Below, piece by piece: positions 24,261 to 32,710 of a stretch of 49,529 bases of DNA; position 1 is the stretch's first letter; the number at the start of each line of letters is the position of its first letter. A program made the translations under genes and the position numbers. The notes beneath the pieces were generated by a model. That model was not told the DNA's origin, searched no databases, and was given only the letters and a program-made list of their open reading frames with translations. The stretch is from Coriobacteriia bacterium (GTDB lineage: Bacteria; Actinomycetota; Coriobacteriia; Anaerosomatales; PALSA-660), in assembly GCA_025361445.1 (NCBI GenBank), contig JANYLP010000056.1, forward strand, positions 1-49,529. The letters run 5' to 3'.

Positions 24261-24572
24261 ATGGCACTGCCGAACCTGTCCGACGCCGATCGTCAGGCGG
24301 CGCTCAAGAAGGCCGCCGAGTCGCGCGCCAAGCGTGCCGCGGTCCGGGCGAGCATCAAGGCGGGGAAGATGAGCTTCGCACAGGTCATGGCGAAGGCCGA
24401 CGACCCGATCATCGCCCGCATGAAGGTCTCGGCGCTGTTGGAGTCGCTTCCGGGGTTCGGGAAAGCGAAGTCCGCGCGCGTCATGTCCGAGCTCGAGATC
24501 TCCGAGAGCCGTCGCGTGCAGGGGCTGGGTGCTCGTCAGCGCGAACAGCTGATGGAGCGCCTCGGCAAGTAG
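24261..24572 (+). CDS. mihF: Actinobacterial integration host factor (mIHF)
   Basis: 103 aa (LSDADRQAALKKAAESRAKRA...SLPGFGKAKSARVMSELEISESRRVQGLG.RQ...L). It sits immediately upstream of gmk, as in mycobacteria and streptomycetes. Confidence 0.85.
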   Translation: MALPNLSDADRQAALKKAAESRAKRAAVRASIKAGKMSFAQVMAKADDPIIARMKVSALLESLPGFGKAKSARVMSELEISESRRVQGLGARQREQLMERLGK

Positions 24573-24592
24573 CGCGTGACCAGGTAGCCGCC

Positions 24593-25171
24593 GTGCGCTC
24601 CGGTCATCTGTTCATCATCTCCGGGCCTTCGGGCGCGGGCAAAGGCACGCTCGTGAAGGAACTGATCCATCGCCTCCCCGACCTGTGGGTATCCGTGTCC
24701 GCGACGACTCGGCTGCCTCGTCCCGGAGAGCGGGATGGGGTAGACTACTACTTCCTCACGTTGACCGAGTTCGAGGGTCGCGTGCGTTCCGGCGAGTTCC
24801 TGGAGCATGCTCAGGTCCACGGCAACTCGTATGGGACGCTGCGGACGGCCGTCGAAAGACGACTCGCGCATGGGATGGACGTCATCCTGGAGATCGATCC
24901 GCAGGGTGCGTTCCAGGTTCGAAAGCGTATGGACCGCTCGAGGCTCATCTTCGTAAAGGCGCCCTCATCCGAGGACCTGGAGAAACGGATCCGGAACCGC
25001 GGTGCGGAGACGGACGAGCAGATCCGGACCCGCATGGAGACCTCCCGGCGGGAGATGGAACTTGAGGGTAACTACGATCATGTGGTAATAAACGACGATG
25101 TCCCGCGTGCCGTGGACGAGCTGATCGACTACATCCGATCCGTCTCCGAACCACCCGACGACCAACCATAA
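24593..25171 (+). CDS. gmk: Guanylate kinase
   Basis: GTG 24593 is the first in-frame start after the mihF stop. P-loop GPSGAGKGT and TTR.PR.GE.DG.DY.F motif. Confidence 0.92.
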   Translation: MRSGHLFIISGPSGAGKGTLVKELIHRLPDLWVSVSATTRLPRPGERDGVDYYFLTLTEFEGRVRSGEFLEHAQVHGNSYGTLRTAVERRLAHGMDVILEIDPQGAFQVRKRMDRSRLIFVKAPSSEDLEKRIRNRGAETDEQIRTRMETSRREMELEGNYDHVVINDDVPRAVDELIDYIRSVSEPPDDQP

Positions 25172-25193
25172 AGACAAGGACCTGTGACACCCC

Positions 25194-25442
25194 ATGGTCA
25201 TCCAGCCCGAGATCGACCTGCTTCTCTCGAAAGTGGACTCCAAGTACACGCTCTGCATCGTGTCGGCCAAGCGCGCCCGTCAGATCAATGACATGTTCCA
25301 CGGCGTTCGCGACCAGGCTCTGCTCACGATGTCCGCACCGCAGATCGCGAACCTCACCTCCACGAAGCCGCTGACGCTTGCGATGGAGGAGATCGCCGAC
25401 GGCGACGTGAGCTACGAGCGCGTCAAGGACGGCATCAAGTAG
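25194..25442 (+). CDS. rpoZ: DNA-directed RNA polymerase subunit omega
   Basis: 82 aa with IDLLLSKVDSKYTLCIVSAKRARQIN, the canonical omega N-terminus. Confidence 0.9.
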   Translation: MVIQPEIDLLLSKVDSKYTLCIVSAKRARQINDMFHGVRDQALLTMSAPQIANLTSTKPLTLAMEEIADGDVSYERVKDGIK

Positions 25443-25498
25443 CTGTCGGGGGTATCACGTGTTCGAGTGGCTCTTGCTCCTCCATAGGCATTACACAC

Positions 25499-25524
25499 GA
25501 CGCGCGACCTCCGGGTCGCGCGTC
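25499..25524 (+). terminator. Intrinsic terminator-like hairpin after rpoZ
   Basis: GACGCGCGACC-tccg-GGTCGCGCGTC forms a perfect 11-bp stem with a 4-nt loop, followed by GCTGTT. Confidence 0.6.
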
Positions 25525-25541
25525 GCTGTTCGCGTGACGCG

Positions 25542-26687
25542 GTGAGCGCGCCGGCGCGGCGCCTGCTCGTGCTCGAGCCGTACTTCGGCGGCTCGCATCG
25601 CGCCGTGCTCGAGTGCCTGCTTCCCGCGCTCGGATGGGAGTACGACCTGCTCTCCCTGCCTCCCCGCAAGTGGAAATGGCGCATGCGCGGTTCAGCGATC
25701 ACGTTCGCGAGCGAGACCCGGCGGCTCGACTCCGACTGGCGCGCGGCGCACCCGCACGGTGAGCCGGCGCGCGTGGGCGCGCGTGGGCGATGGGATGCCG
25801 TGTTCGCGTCGACCTTCGTCAACCTCGCCGAGTTCAGGGGCCTTGCAGGCGAAGCGGTGGCGGGCGTACCGACAGCGATGTACTTCCACGAGAACCAGCT
25901 CGTCTACCCGAACCGGCACATCGCCGAATGGGATCTGCAATTCCCGCTCACCAACGTCACGAGCGCGCTCGCGGCGGACGAGTGCTGGTGGAACACGCAG
26001 TGGAACCTGGAACGGTTCCTGGAGGAGGTCGACCCGTTCATCCGGCAGTTCCCCGATCACCATCCGCGCGGTCTGGCCGAGGCGGTCGCCGAGAGGTCGA
26101 GCGTGCTGCATCCGCCCTTCGATCCCGATCCCTTCGACGCCGCGCTCGTACAGCGCGGCTCTTACTGCCGCATCGTGTGGCCGCACCGATGGGAGCACGA
26201 CAAGGACCCGGAGACGTTCTTCCGGGTGGTGTCAGGACTCGCCGACGAGGGGCTCGACTTCGAGGTCGCGGTGGCGGGTCAGGCGTTCCTTGAGACCGCT
26301 GAGTCGTTCGTGAGCGCCGGACGCTCGCTCGGGGACCGTTTGGTGCATCTTGGGGAACCCGAGAGCCGGGAGGCGTATGCCGCTCTCCTCGCGAGTTCGG
26401 ACGTGGCGGTCTCGACCGCGGTGAACGAGTTCTTCGGACTCGCCATGATCGAGGCGTCGGCGGCGGGCTGCATGCCGCTGGTGCCGGACCGCCTCGCGTA
26501 CCCCGAGCTCTATCCCGTGGCGATGCGGTACGAGTCTCCGGAGGCTCTGGCGGCCCGACTTCGCGAGCTCATCGAGCGGAGACCGGCGCCGGGGCAGGGG
26601 AGGGCACTGGCGGCGCGCTACACGATCGACGCGCTGCTGCCGGAGTATCGCACCGCGTTCGAGCGGCTCTTCGCGCTCGCTCGGTAG
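25542..26687 (+). CDS. DUF3524 + GT1 glycosyltransferase (GTDC1 / tRNA-queuosine mannosyltransferase-like)
   Basis: N-terminus LLVLEPYFGGSHRAVLECLL and LPPRKWKWRMRGSAITFA resemble the animal GTDC1 N-terminal domain. The C-terminus has the GT1 signature EFFGLAMIEA..AGC.PLVPDRLAYPELYP. GTG start. Confidence 0.85.
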   Translation: MSAPARRLLVLEPYFGGSHRAVLECLLPALGWEYDLLSLPPRKWKWRMRGSAITFASETRRLDSDWRAAHPHGEPARVGARGRWDAVFASTFVNLAEFRGLAGEAVAGVPTAMYFHENQLVYPNRHIAEWDLQFPLTNVTSALAADECWWNTQWNLERFLEEVDPFIRQFPDHHPRGLAEAVAERSSVLHPPFDPDPFDAALVQRGSYCRIVWPHRWEHDKDPETFFRVVSGLADEGLDFEVAVAGQAFLETAESFVSAGRSLGDRLVHLGEPESREAYAALLASSDVAVSTAVNEFFGLAMIEASAAGCMPLVPDRLAYPELYPVAMRYESPEALAARLRELIERRPAPGQGRALAARYTIDALLPEYRTAFERLFALAR

Positions 26688-26753
26688 GCGGGCAGTGCGA
26701 CTCGGACGCGTACCCATGGCGATCCGCTTCAGAGGATCCGCAACGGTATCTTG

Positions 26754-26803
26754 CGTGACACGCTAGCGTGTGATACAAGGAAGCGTGTACGACACACTAC
26801 ACG
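26754..26803. promoter_or_regulatory. Cluster of CGTG/CACG inverted repeats (candidate PadR operator)
   Basis: A perfect 14-bp palindrome ACACGCTAGCGTGT lies at 26758-26771. A second inverted repeat, CGTGTA-N8-TACACG, lies at 26784-26803. Both are within 85 bp upstream of the PadR start, in the locally most AT-rich stretch. Confidence 0.45.
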
Positions 26804-26838
26804 TTGAGTGATCTTTCAGTGATGAAGGGCCGTGGGAT

Positions 26839-27186
26839 ATGGGAACGGACGGCGACGGTCGACTCTCACAGTTCCGCAAGGGTGTCGTCGAGCTGGCGAT
26901 CCTCGCGCTGCTGCACCGTGGCGAGGCGTACGGGGGCGAGATCGTTGATCGGCTGGGTGAGCACCCCGGACTCGCGATCAGCGCGGGCACGGTCTATCCG
27001 CTGCTCTCCCGGCTGAAGAAGGCGGGAGTGATCGACTCCGCGTGGAGGGAATCGCCTGTGGGGCCGCCGCGCAAGTACTACCGCCTCTCGCAGATGGGCG
27101 CGGCGGAATTCGAGGAGATGGCACGGGCGTGGGACGGCGTCACGGCCGCGATGGATCAACTGCTCGGGAAGGAGCAGGCGCTGTGA
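26839..27186 (+). CDS. PadR-family transcriptional regulator
   Basis: FRKGVVELAILALL..GEAYGGEIVDRL.......ISAGTVYPLLSRLKKAGVI...W......PRKYYRLS..G matches the canonical PadR winged helix. Confidence 0.88.
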   Translation: MGTDGDGRLSQFRKGVVELAILALLHRGEAYGGEIVDRLGEHPGLAISAGTVYPLLSRLKKAGVIDSAWRESPVGPPRKYYRLSQMGAAEFEEMARAWDGVTAAMDQLLGKEQAL

Positions 27187-28157
27187 ACGCACCCGAACGT
27201 CAGCCGGTCTCGGCGTTGACTCCCGAAGCGGCCGCACTGGTCGAGACGTACTTCACCCGCGTCCACGGTGCGCTGCTCGTCTCCGCCGCAGGAGAGTGTG
27301 AAGAGGCGATGCTGGACCTGCGCGCGTACGTGATGGAGGAGCTGTCGGGAGGGGCCGGTACGCCGGCCGACGTCACCCGCGTGCTGTCCGGTCTCGGTTC
27401 GCCAGAGGCGCTGGCCGCGCAGTACTCCGCGACCACGCCCGGATCGGATGACCCGGGACGACTCCCGGGCTCCGATTCCGGTCGCCTGTACGGCAGAGTT
27501 CTCGGTATGCCATACGACGTGCGTGTCCCCGACTCGGGACGCATCGCGAGCCGGTGGTGGAACCCCCTCGACCCCCGGGTCTTCGTGCCGCGCGTCTTCG
27601 GACTCGGATGGGACGTCAACTTCGGCTCGCTTGCCGTGAAGCTGCGCCTCGTGCGGCCGGACGACGAGGACGAGCCGTTCGCGGCGGTACCCGACCGCGT
27701 CGTGACCGCCACACTGCTGTTACCGCTCGTGCTCGCGGGCGTTCTGGCTGCGCTCGTGGCGATCACATGGACGGGTCTGCCCCCCAGCCTTCCCGCCCAC
27801 TGGAACGCGGTCGGGGTCGCGGACCAGTTCTGGGACGGCTCCGCGCTGGTGGCGTTCCTCGCGCTCATGTCGCTCGCGCCGCTTCTGTTCGCTGGTTGGG
27901 TGCACTCCCGCCGACGCGCGGCGCTGAACAGGGTCGCGGCATCGGCCCTCGCGACGCTGATGGCCACCCTTGCGCTCACGCAGTACGTCCAGGCTCTGTT
28001 CTACATCGGCGGAGAGCGGGGAATCGTGCCGACCTTCGCAGGTCTCGCTCTCGGCCTACTGCTCCCGTTCGTGTTGTTCGTCGTCATCTCGCGTATCGGC
28101 CGCGCCGCTGAACAGCGCCGCGACTTGGATGGTTCTAAGAAGAGAAGGAGCATGTGA
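27183..28157 (+). CDS. Membrane protein: DUF1700-like N-terminal helical module + DUF5808-like + DUF1648-like TM region
   Basis: GTG 27183 overlaps the PadR TGA. The N-terminus (YF.RVH..L.....ECEEAMLDLRAYVMEEL......ADVTRVLSGLGSPEALAAQY) has the pattern of PadR-partner DUF1700 proteins. FVPRVFGLGWDVNFGS and LPAHWN motifs follow, then about 4 TM helices. Confidence 0.7.
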   Translation: MNAPERQPVSALTPEAAALVETYFTRVHGALLVSAAGECEEAMLDLRAYVMEELSGGAGTPADVTRVLSGLGSPEALAAQYSATTPGSDDPGRLPGSDSGRLYGRVLGMPYDVRVPDSGRIASRWWNPLDPRVFVPRVFGLGWDVNFGSLAVKLRLVRPDDEDEPFAAVPDRVVTATLLLPLVLAGVLAALVAITWTGLPPSLPAHWNAVGVADQFWDGSALVAFLALMSLAPLLFAGWVHSRRRAALNRVAASALATLMATLALTQYVQALFYIGGERGIVPTFAGLALGLLLPFVLFVVISRIGRAAEQRRDLDGSKKRRSM

Positions 28158-28483
28158 TGGATATCTTGGCCAGAATCCAGTCGTTGCCGACCGAGGCCCT
28201 GATCGGACTCGGGGTGCTCCTCGTCGTGCAGGTGATTCTGGACGTGATCGCGCTCACGGATCTCTACAAGCGCCCCGTCGAGCAACTGGTGCTGCCCAAC
28301 AAGTGGATCTGGGTCGCGATCATCCTGCTGGTGAGCACGATCGGCGCGATCCTGTACCTCGTCGTCGGACGCAAGCGCGTTCCGGTGATGGCGGACGCAC
28401 GCCCGTCGAGCCCGGTCGGTTCCCGTGCAACGGACGCCGCAGACCTCCTGTACGGCCAGCGCACGGACGCTGACCCGCGATGA
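28154..28483 (+). CDS. PLDc_N-type small membrane protein
   Basis: Two TM helices with LPNKWIWVAIILLVSTIGAILYLVVGRK. The start is GTG 28154 or, more likely, ATG 28157, with AGAAGGAG upstream. It overlaps the upstream stop. Confidence 0.7.
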   Translation: MMDILARIQSLPTEALIGLGVLLVVQVILDVIALTDLYKRPVEQLVLPNKWIWVAIILLVSTIGAILYLVVGRKRVPVMADARPSSPVGSRATDAADLLYGQRTDADPR

Positions 28484-29409
28484 CCGCGGCGCTCGAGATC
28501 CGGCATCTGTCCAAGCGGTACGGTGACAAGCGCGCTCTCGACCACGTGGATCTCACGGTCGAGGAGGGCTCGATCTTCGGGTTCCTCGGGGCGAACGGCG
28601 CCGGCAAGACCACGACGCTGCGCATACTCACGGGGCTCGCACAGCCGAGCCATGGCACGGTCCGGGTGCTCGGGCACGACGTGGCCGGCGCCGGCAACGA
28701 CGTGCGGGCGGAGATCGGGTTCCTGCCCGACGTGCCGGGGTTCTACGAGTGGATGACTGCCGACGAGTTCCTGCGGTTCGCCGGGAGTCTGTTCGGTATC
28801 CCCAAGCGCACTCTGGACGAGAGGGTCCGTGTCCTGCTCGAACTGGCAGGACTCACGGGCGTGGGTACGCGGATCGGCGGGTACTCTCGCGGGATGAAGC
28901 AGCGGCTCGGGGTGGCTCAGGCACTCATCAACGCGCCGAAGCTGCTCATGCTCGACGAGCCGACGAGCGCGCTCGACCCCATGGGTCGTCGCGACGTGCT
29001 CGAGATGCTCGCATCGCTCAAAGGCCGGACGACGGTCTTCTTCTCCACACACATCCTGTCGGACGTGGAACGGATCTGCGACACGGTCGCCATCCTGGAT
29101 CAGGGCCGCGTCATGGTGCAGGCTCCGATCGACGAACTGAAGGCCCGCTACGGCGCCTCGAAGGTGATCGTCGAAGTGGAGGAGGGCGCTGAAGCGCTGG
29201 CGGCAGAAATCGGAGCACAGCCCTGGGCGAGCGCCGTGGAACACCCGGAGAACGGAACGATCGAGGTCACGGTCAGCGACACGACTGCGGCCAAGCGAGC
29301 CATCCCCGCACTGGTGGCTGCGCGCGGACTCGCGCTCACGCGCCTGGAGGCGGGGGAGATGGGACTCGAAGAGGTCTTCGTCGAGTTGGTCGGCGGTGAG
29401 CAGAGATGA
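28480..29409 (+). CDS. ABC transporter ATP-binding protein (exporter 1)
   Basis: Walker A GANGAGKTT, signature YSRGMKQRL and Walker B LLMLDEPT. ATGA overlap with the upstream gene. Confidence 0.93.
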   Translation: MTAALEIRHLSKRYGDKRALDHVDLTVEEGSIFGFLGANGAGKTTTLRILTGLAQPSHGTVRVLGHDVAGAGNDVRAEIGFLPDVPGFYEWMTADEFLRFAGSLFGIPKRTLDERVRVLLELAGLTGVGTRIGGYSRGMKQRLGVAQALINAPKLLMLDEPTSALDPMGRRDVLEMLASLKGRTTVFFSTHILSDVERICDTVAILDQGRVMVQAPIDELKARYGASKVIVEVEEGAEALAAEIGAQPWASAVEHPENGTIEVTVSDTTAAKRAIPALVAARGLALTRLEAGEMGLEEVFVELVGGEQR

Positions 29410-30173
29410 GAGGGTTCGCGGCCTTTGTACGCAAGGAAGCGGTCGAGATAGTGCGCACGTGGCGGATCTGGGTGTTGCCGGGGCTCCTGCTCGTCTTCGC
29501 GCTGACCGGACCTGTGATGGCGAAGTACACGCGCGAGATCGTGGGCGCCGCCGGAGGCAGCCAGATGGCCGCTGTCATCGCCGGGATCCCGATTCCCACC
29601 TATCTGGATGCCTACGCACAGTGGATCAAGAACCTCTCGCAGATAGCCCTGTTCGCGATCATCATCATCTACGGGGGGATCGTCTCGTCCGAGAACAAGA
29701 GCGGCACGGCGATCCTCGTGTTGACGAAGCCGGTCTCCCGCTCGGCTTTCGTCGTGGCGAAGGCGCTCGTTCACTCCGCGTTCCTGGCTCTGACCGTCCT
29801 TCTCGGGACGCTCCTCACGTGGGGCGGAACATCCGTCATGTTCGGGGCAGCGCCGGCCGGGCCACTCTTCGCCGCCGCGGGCGCCTGGCTGGTCTTCGGT
29901 GTGCTGTTCGTATCCGTCATGACGCTGCTGTCGGTCCTTGTGGACTCACAGGCGGGAGCCGCGGGCATCGGGCTCGGCGTGTACGCTCTCGTCTCGATCT
30001 CGGCGATATGGGAGCCTGTCGGTACGTACTCGCCGGCGGCGCTGGCGGGGCGACCGATGGCGATCGCAGCGGGGCAGTCGGCCGACGTGACGTGGCCGAT
30101 AGCGAGCGCGCTGATGCTCTCCGTGGCGCTCGTGGCGATGGCGGCATGGGCGTTTCGTCGAAAGGAACTGTGA
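29406..30173 (+). CDS. ABC-2 type permease (exporter 1)
   Basis: About 6 predicted TM helices and an ATGA overlap with the ATPase gene. No more specific motif was recognised. Confidence 0.75.
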   Translation: MRGFAAFVRKEAVEIVRTWRIWVLPGLLLVFALTGPVMAKYTREIVGAAGGSQMAAVIAGIPIPTYLDAYAQWIKNLSQIALFAIIIIYGGIVSSENKSGTAILVLTKPVSRSAFVVAKALVHSAFLALTVLLGTLLTWGGTSVMFGAAPAGPLFAAAGAWLVFGVLFVSVMTLLSVLVDSQAGAAGIGLGVYALVSISAIWEPVGTYSPAALAGRPMAIAAGQSADVTWPIASALMLSVALVAMAAWAFRRKEL

Positions 30174-30174
30174 C

Positions 30175-31158
30175 GTGCTTCAAGGCGCGGCGGATAGTGG
30201 CGAGGGCCTCGCGGTCGACGTGCGAGGTCTGACCCGCTCGTTCGGGGCGGTCACCGCTCTGGCAGGGATCGACCTCGAGATCGAGCGGGGAGCGGTGTTC
30301 GGGCTTCTCGGTCCGAACGGCGCCGGGAAGACGACGACCGTTCGCATCCTGAACGGGGTGCTCGATCCGACCCGCGTCGAGGTCCTGCGCGTGCTCGGAC
30401 GCGACCTGCCCGAAGGCGATGCTCTCGTGCGGCCCTTGGTGGGAGTGCAGACCGACACGAATCTCTACGACCGTCTGAGCGCGCGCGAGAACCTCGCGCT
30501 CTTCGCGCGGTTCTACGGTCTGGATCGCGTGGCCGCCGCGGCTCGGGCGGACGGCCTTCTCGACATGTTCGGATTGCTCGACCGAGCCCGCGAACGGGTC
30601 GAGCGATTCTCCAAAGGCATGAAGCAGAAGATGCTCATCGCTCGCGCGCTCGTAGGATCGCCCCAGCTCGTCTATCTCGATGAGCCGACGGCCGGCCTCG
30701 ACCCGGAAGCGTCTCATGAGCTGATGTCGTACATCCGGACCGTGAGCCGCGCTGAACACACCACGTTCTTCATCACCTCGCACCGTTTGGACGAGATGGA
30801 GACCGTGTGCACGAAGGTCGCGGTTCTGGCCGACGGCGTCATCCGTGCCCAGGGCTCGCCCGCGGCGGTCGCGCGCGCGGCCGTCCCGCGGGTGCGCGCG
30901 CGCGTGACGCCTCTCCCCGGGACCGCAGTTCCTATCGACGACCTGCTGGCACTTCCGGGAGCGTTGCGCGCCGAGTTCGGCCCGGACTTCACGCTTGTGG
31001 ATCTGTGTCGGGTGGACGATGTCCCTGCATTCATCAGGGCCGCGGCGGCACTGCCGGTCCAGCTGCTGGGGGTCGCAGAGGAACCGCCCACGCTGAAGGA
31101 AGCGTATCTCGCACTGGTCGGCGCCGCGGGCCGCGCGTCCGGGGATGTGACGTCGTGA
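30175..31158 (+). CDS. ABC transporter ATP-binding protein (exporter 2)
   Basis: Walker A GPNGAGKTT, signature FSKGMKQKM and Walker B LVYLDEPT. GTG start 1 nt after the upstream stop. Confidence 0.92.
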   Translation: MLQGAADSGEGLAVDVRGLTRSFGAVTALAGIDLEIERGAVFGLLGPNGAGKTTTVRILNGVLDPTRVEVLRVLGRDLPEGDALVRPLVGVQTDTNLYDRLSARENLALFARFYGLDRVAAAARADGLLDMFGLLDRARERVERFSKGMKQKMLIARALVGSPQLVYLDEPTAGLDPEASHELMSYIRTVSRAEHTTFFITSHRLDEMETVCTKVAVLADGVIRAQGSPAAVARAAVPRVRARVTPLPGTAVPIDDLLALPGALRAEFGPDFTLVDLCRVDDVPAFIRAAAALPVQLLGVAEEPPTLKEAYLALVGAAGRASGDVTS

Positions 31159-31970
31159 TCCGGATCGACCGCGTGCGAGCGCTGCTGACCAAGGACCTGC
31201 GCGAGACCTTCTCCACTGCCCAGATCATGCTTCCGTTGGTCGTGGTCCCCCTCATGATCATCATCGGATACCCGGTCGCGTTCCTGTGGGCGATCCGCGT
31301 GGCACCGGACGCGGTCGACGGCCTCAAGGAGTTCATCTCCGGGTTCCCGGCCTCCGCGATCCCCGCGATCCCGGGGCTCACCGCCGCCGGCCGCGCCGCC
31401 TACATCGGCGTCGTCTACCTGTTCGCGGGCTTCTTCCTCATCGTCCCGGTCATGGTCTCCACGGTGATCGCCGCCAACAGTTTCGCGGGGGAGAAGGAGC
31501 GCCGCACGCTCGAAGGACTGCTCTACACGCCCCTCTCCGATGCCGAACTTATCGTCGGGAAGATCGCCGCGTCGTTCCTGCCGGCGGTCGCGTTCGCGTG
31601 GGTGTGTTTCGCGATCTACACGGTGATCGTCGATGTCATGGGCGCCCCGATCGTGGGCGCGCTGTTCTTCCCGACCGCCAACTGGTGGGCGCTGATGGTG
31701 CTGCTCGTGCCCGCCGTGTCGCTGTTCGTGATCTCGATCGTCGTCCTCGTCTCCACGAAGGCGCGCGGCTTCCAGGAGGCCAACGCGATCGGGGGATCCA
31801 TCGTGCTCCCCATCATCGGCGTGGTCGCCGCCCAGGTGTCGGGGCTGATGGTGCTGTCGGCGGAGGTGATCGCCGCCGTCTCAGTGGTGTTCGTTCTCCT
31901 TGACGCGGGGCTGCTCCTGATGATCGTGCGCGCGTTCCGCCGGAGCCGGATCGTGAGCTACCTGCCGTAG
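31155..31970 (+). CDS. ABC-2 type permease (exporter 2, NatB-like pattern)
   Basis: GTG 31155 overlaps the upstream TGA. Contains FAGEKERRTLEGLLYTPLS, as seen in ABC-2 permeases, and multiple TM helices. Confidence 0.75.
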   Translation: MIRIDRVRALLTKDLRETFSTAQIMLPLVVVPLMIIIGYPVAFLWAIRVAPDAVDGLKEFISGFPASAIPAIPGLTAAGRAAYIGVVYLFAGFFLIVPVMVSTVIAANSFAGEKERRTLEGLLYTPLSDAELIVGKIAASFLPAVAFAWVCFAIYTVIVDVMGAPIVGALFFPTANWWALMVLLVPAVSLFVISIVVLVSTKARGFQEANAIGGSIVLPIIGVVAAQVSGLMVLSAEVIAAVSVVFVLLDAGLLLMIVRAFRRSRIVSYLP

Positions 31971-31978
31971 GGCGCGGC

Positions 31979-32509
31979 TCAGATGTAGCTCTTGGCCAGC
32001 GCGTCCAGCTCGATGTGGTCCGTTTCCACGGCCGATACCGCCTGCCATACCTCGATGAGGCGGGCGTTGGTAGCCCGGTCGGCGAAGTCCGCGTAGAGAG
32101 CACTCGCGCGCCGCTCGCGGCGGGCGGACTCGTCGATGTCCGCGTCCCAGCCTCCGAGTTCGGTCCCGGCCTCTCGGAGATCCGCGGGCTTCGGCACGCC
32201 GGCGATCTTGCAGAAGACCGAGCAATGTTCCGTCTCGACCGCGGCCAGCCGCTTGTAGGCGCTCGCGAGGGCCGGGTTGTCGGTGCGCAGCGACATGGCG
32301 AGGTAGAAACGCGCGTTCGAAAGCTCGATGTCGATGGCGGTCTCGAGATCGGCACGCTCGACTTCGGTCAGTTGCACGACGTTGATGTCGAGCGGGTAGT
32401 CGCCCGTGTCCACCATCAGCTCGCGATGCGCGCCGCAGAAGGGGCACATCGCCGGGGCCTCGGAGCCGAGATACGTCTCGCCGCAGATGCGGCATCGGTA
32501 GATCTTCAT
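31979..32509 (-). CDS. Rubrerythrin-like protein with N-terminal rubredoxin-type finger (reverse rubrerythrin architecture)
   Basis: ATG 32509 with AGGGA upstream. CRICG...(13 aa)...CPFCG is followed by a ferritin-like four-helix region with E...ExxH twice (AVETEH, AVETDH). The longer track ORF (to 33148) has no support. Confidence 0.8.
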   Translation of the reverse strand: MKIYRCRICGETYLGSEAPAMCPFCGAHRELMVDTGDYPLDINVVQLTEVERADLETAIDIELSNARFYLAMSLRTDNPALASAYKRLAAVETEHCSVFCKIAGVPKPADLREAGTELGGWDADIDESARRERRASALYADFADRATNARLIEVWQAVSAVETDHIELDALAKSYI

Positions 32510-32710
32510 CGGGAGTCCCTTTCCGGCTTGTGCGTGCGGGAGCACCGCGGCGCGATCATGTGAGCGTCGACACGAGTATAGACCGCCCGGGATGTGCGCA
32601 TTCCATGCCTGAGCAGGGCGGATGTCATCCCGGTCTGCTACGCTGGCGCGGCGCAGCACGCAATGCGGCGGTCGCGGCGGAAGTGTGTCCAAGGCGTCGT
32701 GAGGAGCAGG

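Noticed and set aside
24173-25171. A 332-aa ORF spanning mihF (in another frame) and gmk. I checked whether gmk has a long N-terminal extension or mihF is a pseudogene.
   Set aside because: The mihF frame is intact and canonical. The extension of the gmk frame is Arg/Gly-rich with no similarity to anything. GTG 24593, just after the mihF stop, gives a normal-length guanylate kinase.
26688-26753. A possible terminator after the glycosyltransferase gene (GATCC...GGATC).
   Set aside because: The stem is only 5 bp and has no U-tract, which is too weak to call.
30807-31154. The track ORF suggests a 387-aa permease beginning inside the second ABC ATPase gene.
   Set aside because: The first ~115 aa are an Arg/Gly-rich alternative frame of the ATPase gene. 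GTG 31155, overlapping the ATPase stop, gives a complete ABC-2 permease.
31971-31978. Convergent gene pairs have almost no spacer: 8 nt here, 4 nt at 37066-37069 and 16 nt at 44912-44927. I looked for bidirectional terminators.
   Set aside because: There is no room for a hairpin between the stops, and none is obvious inside the gene ends. This is probably just genome compaction. I noted it but did not treat it as a feature.
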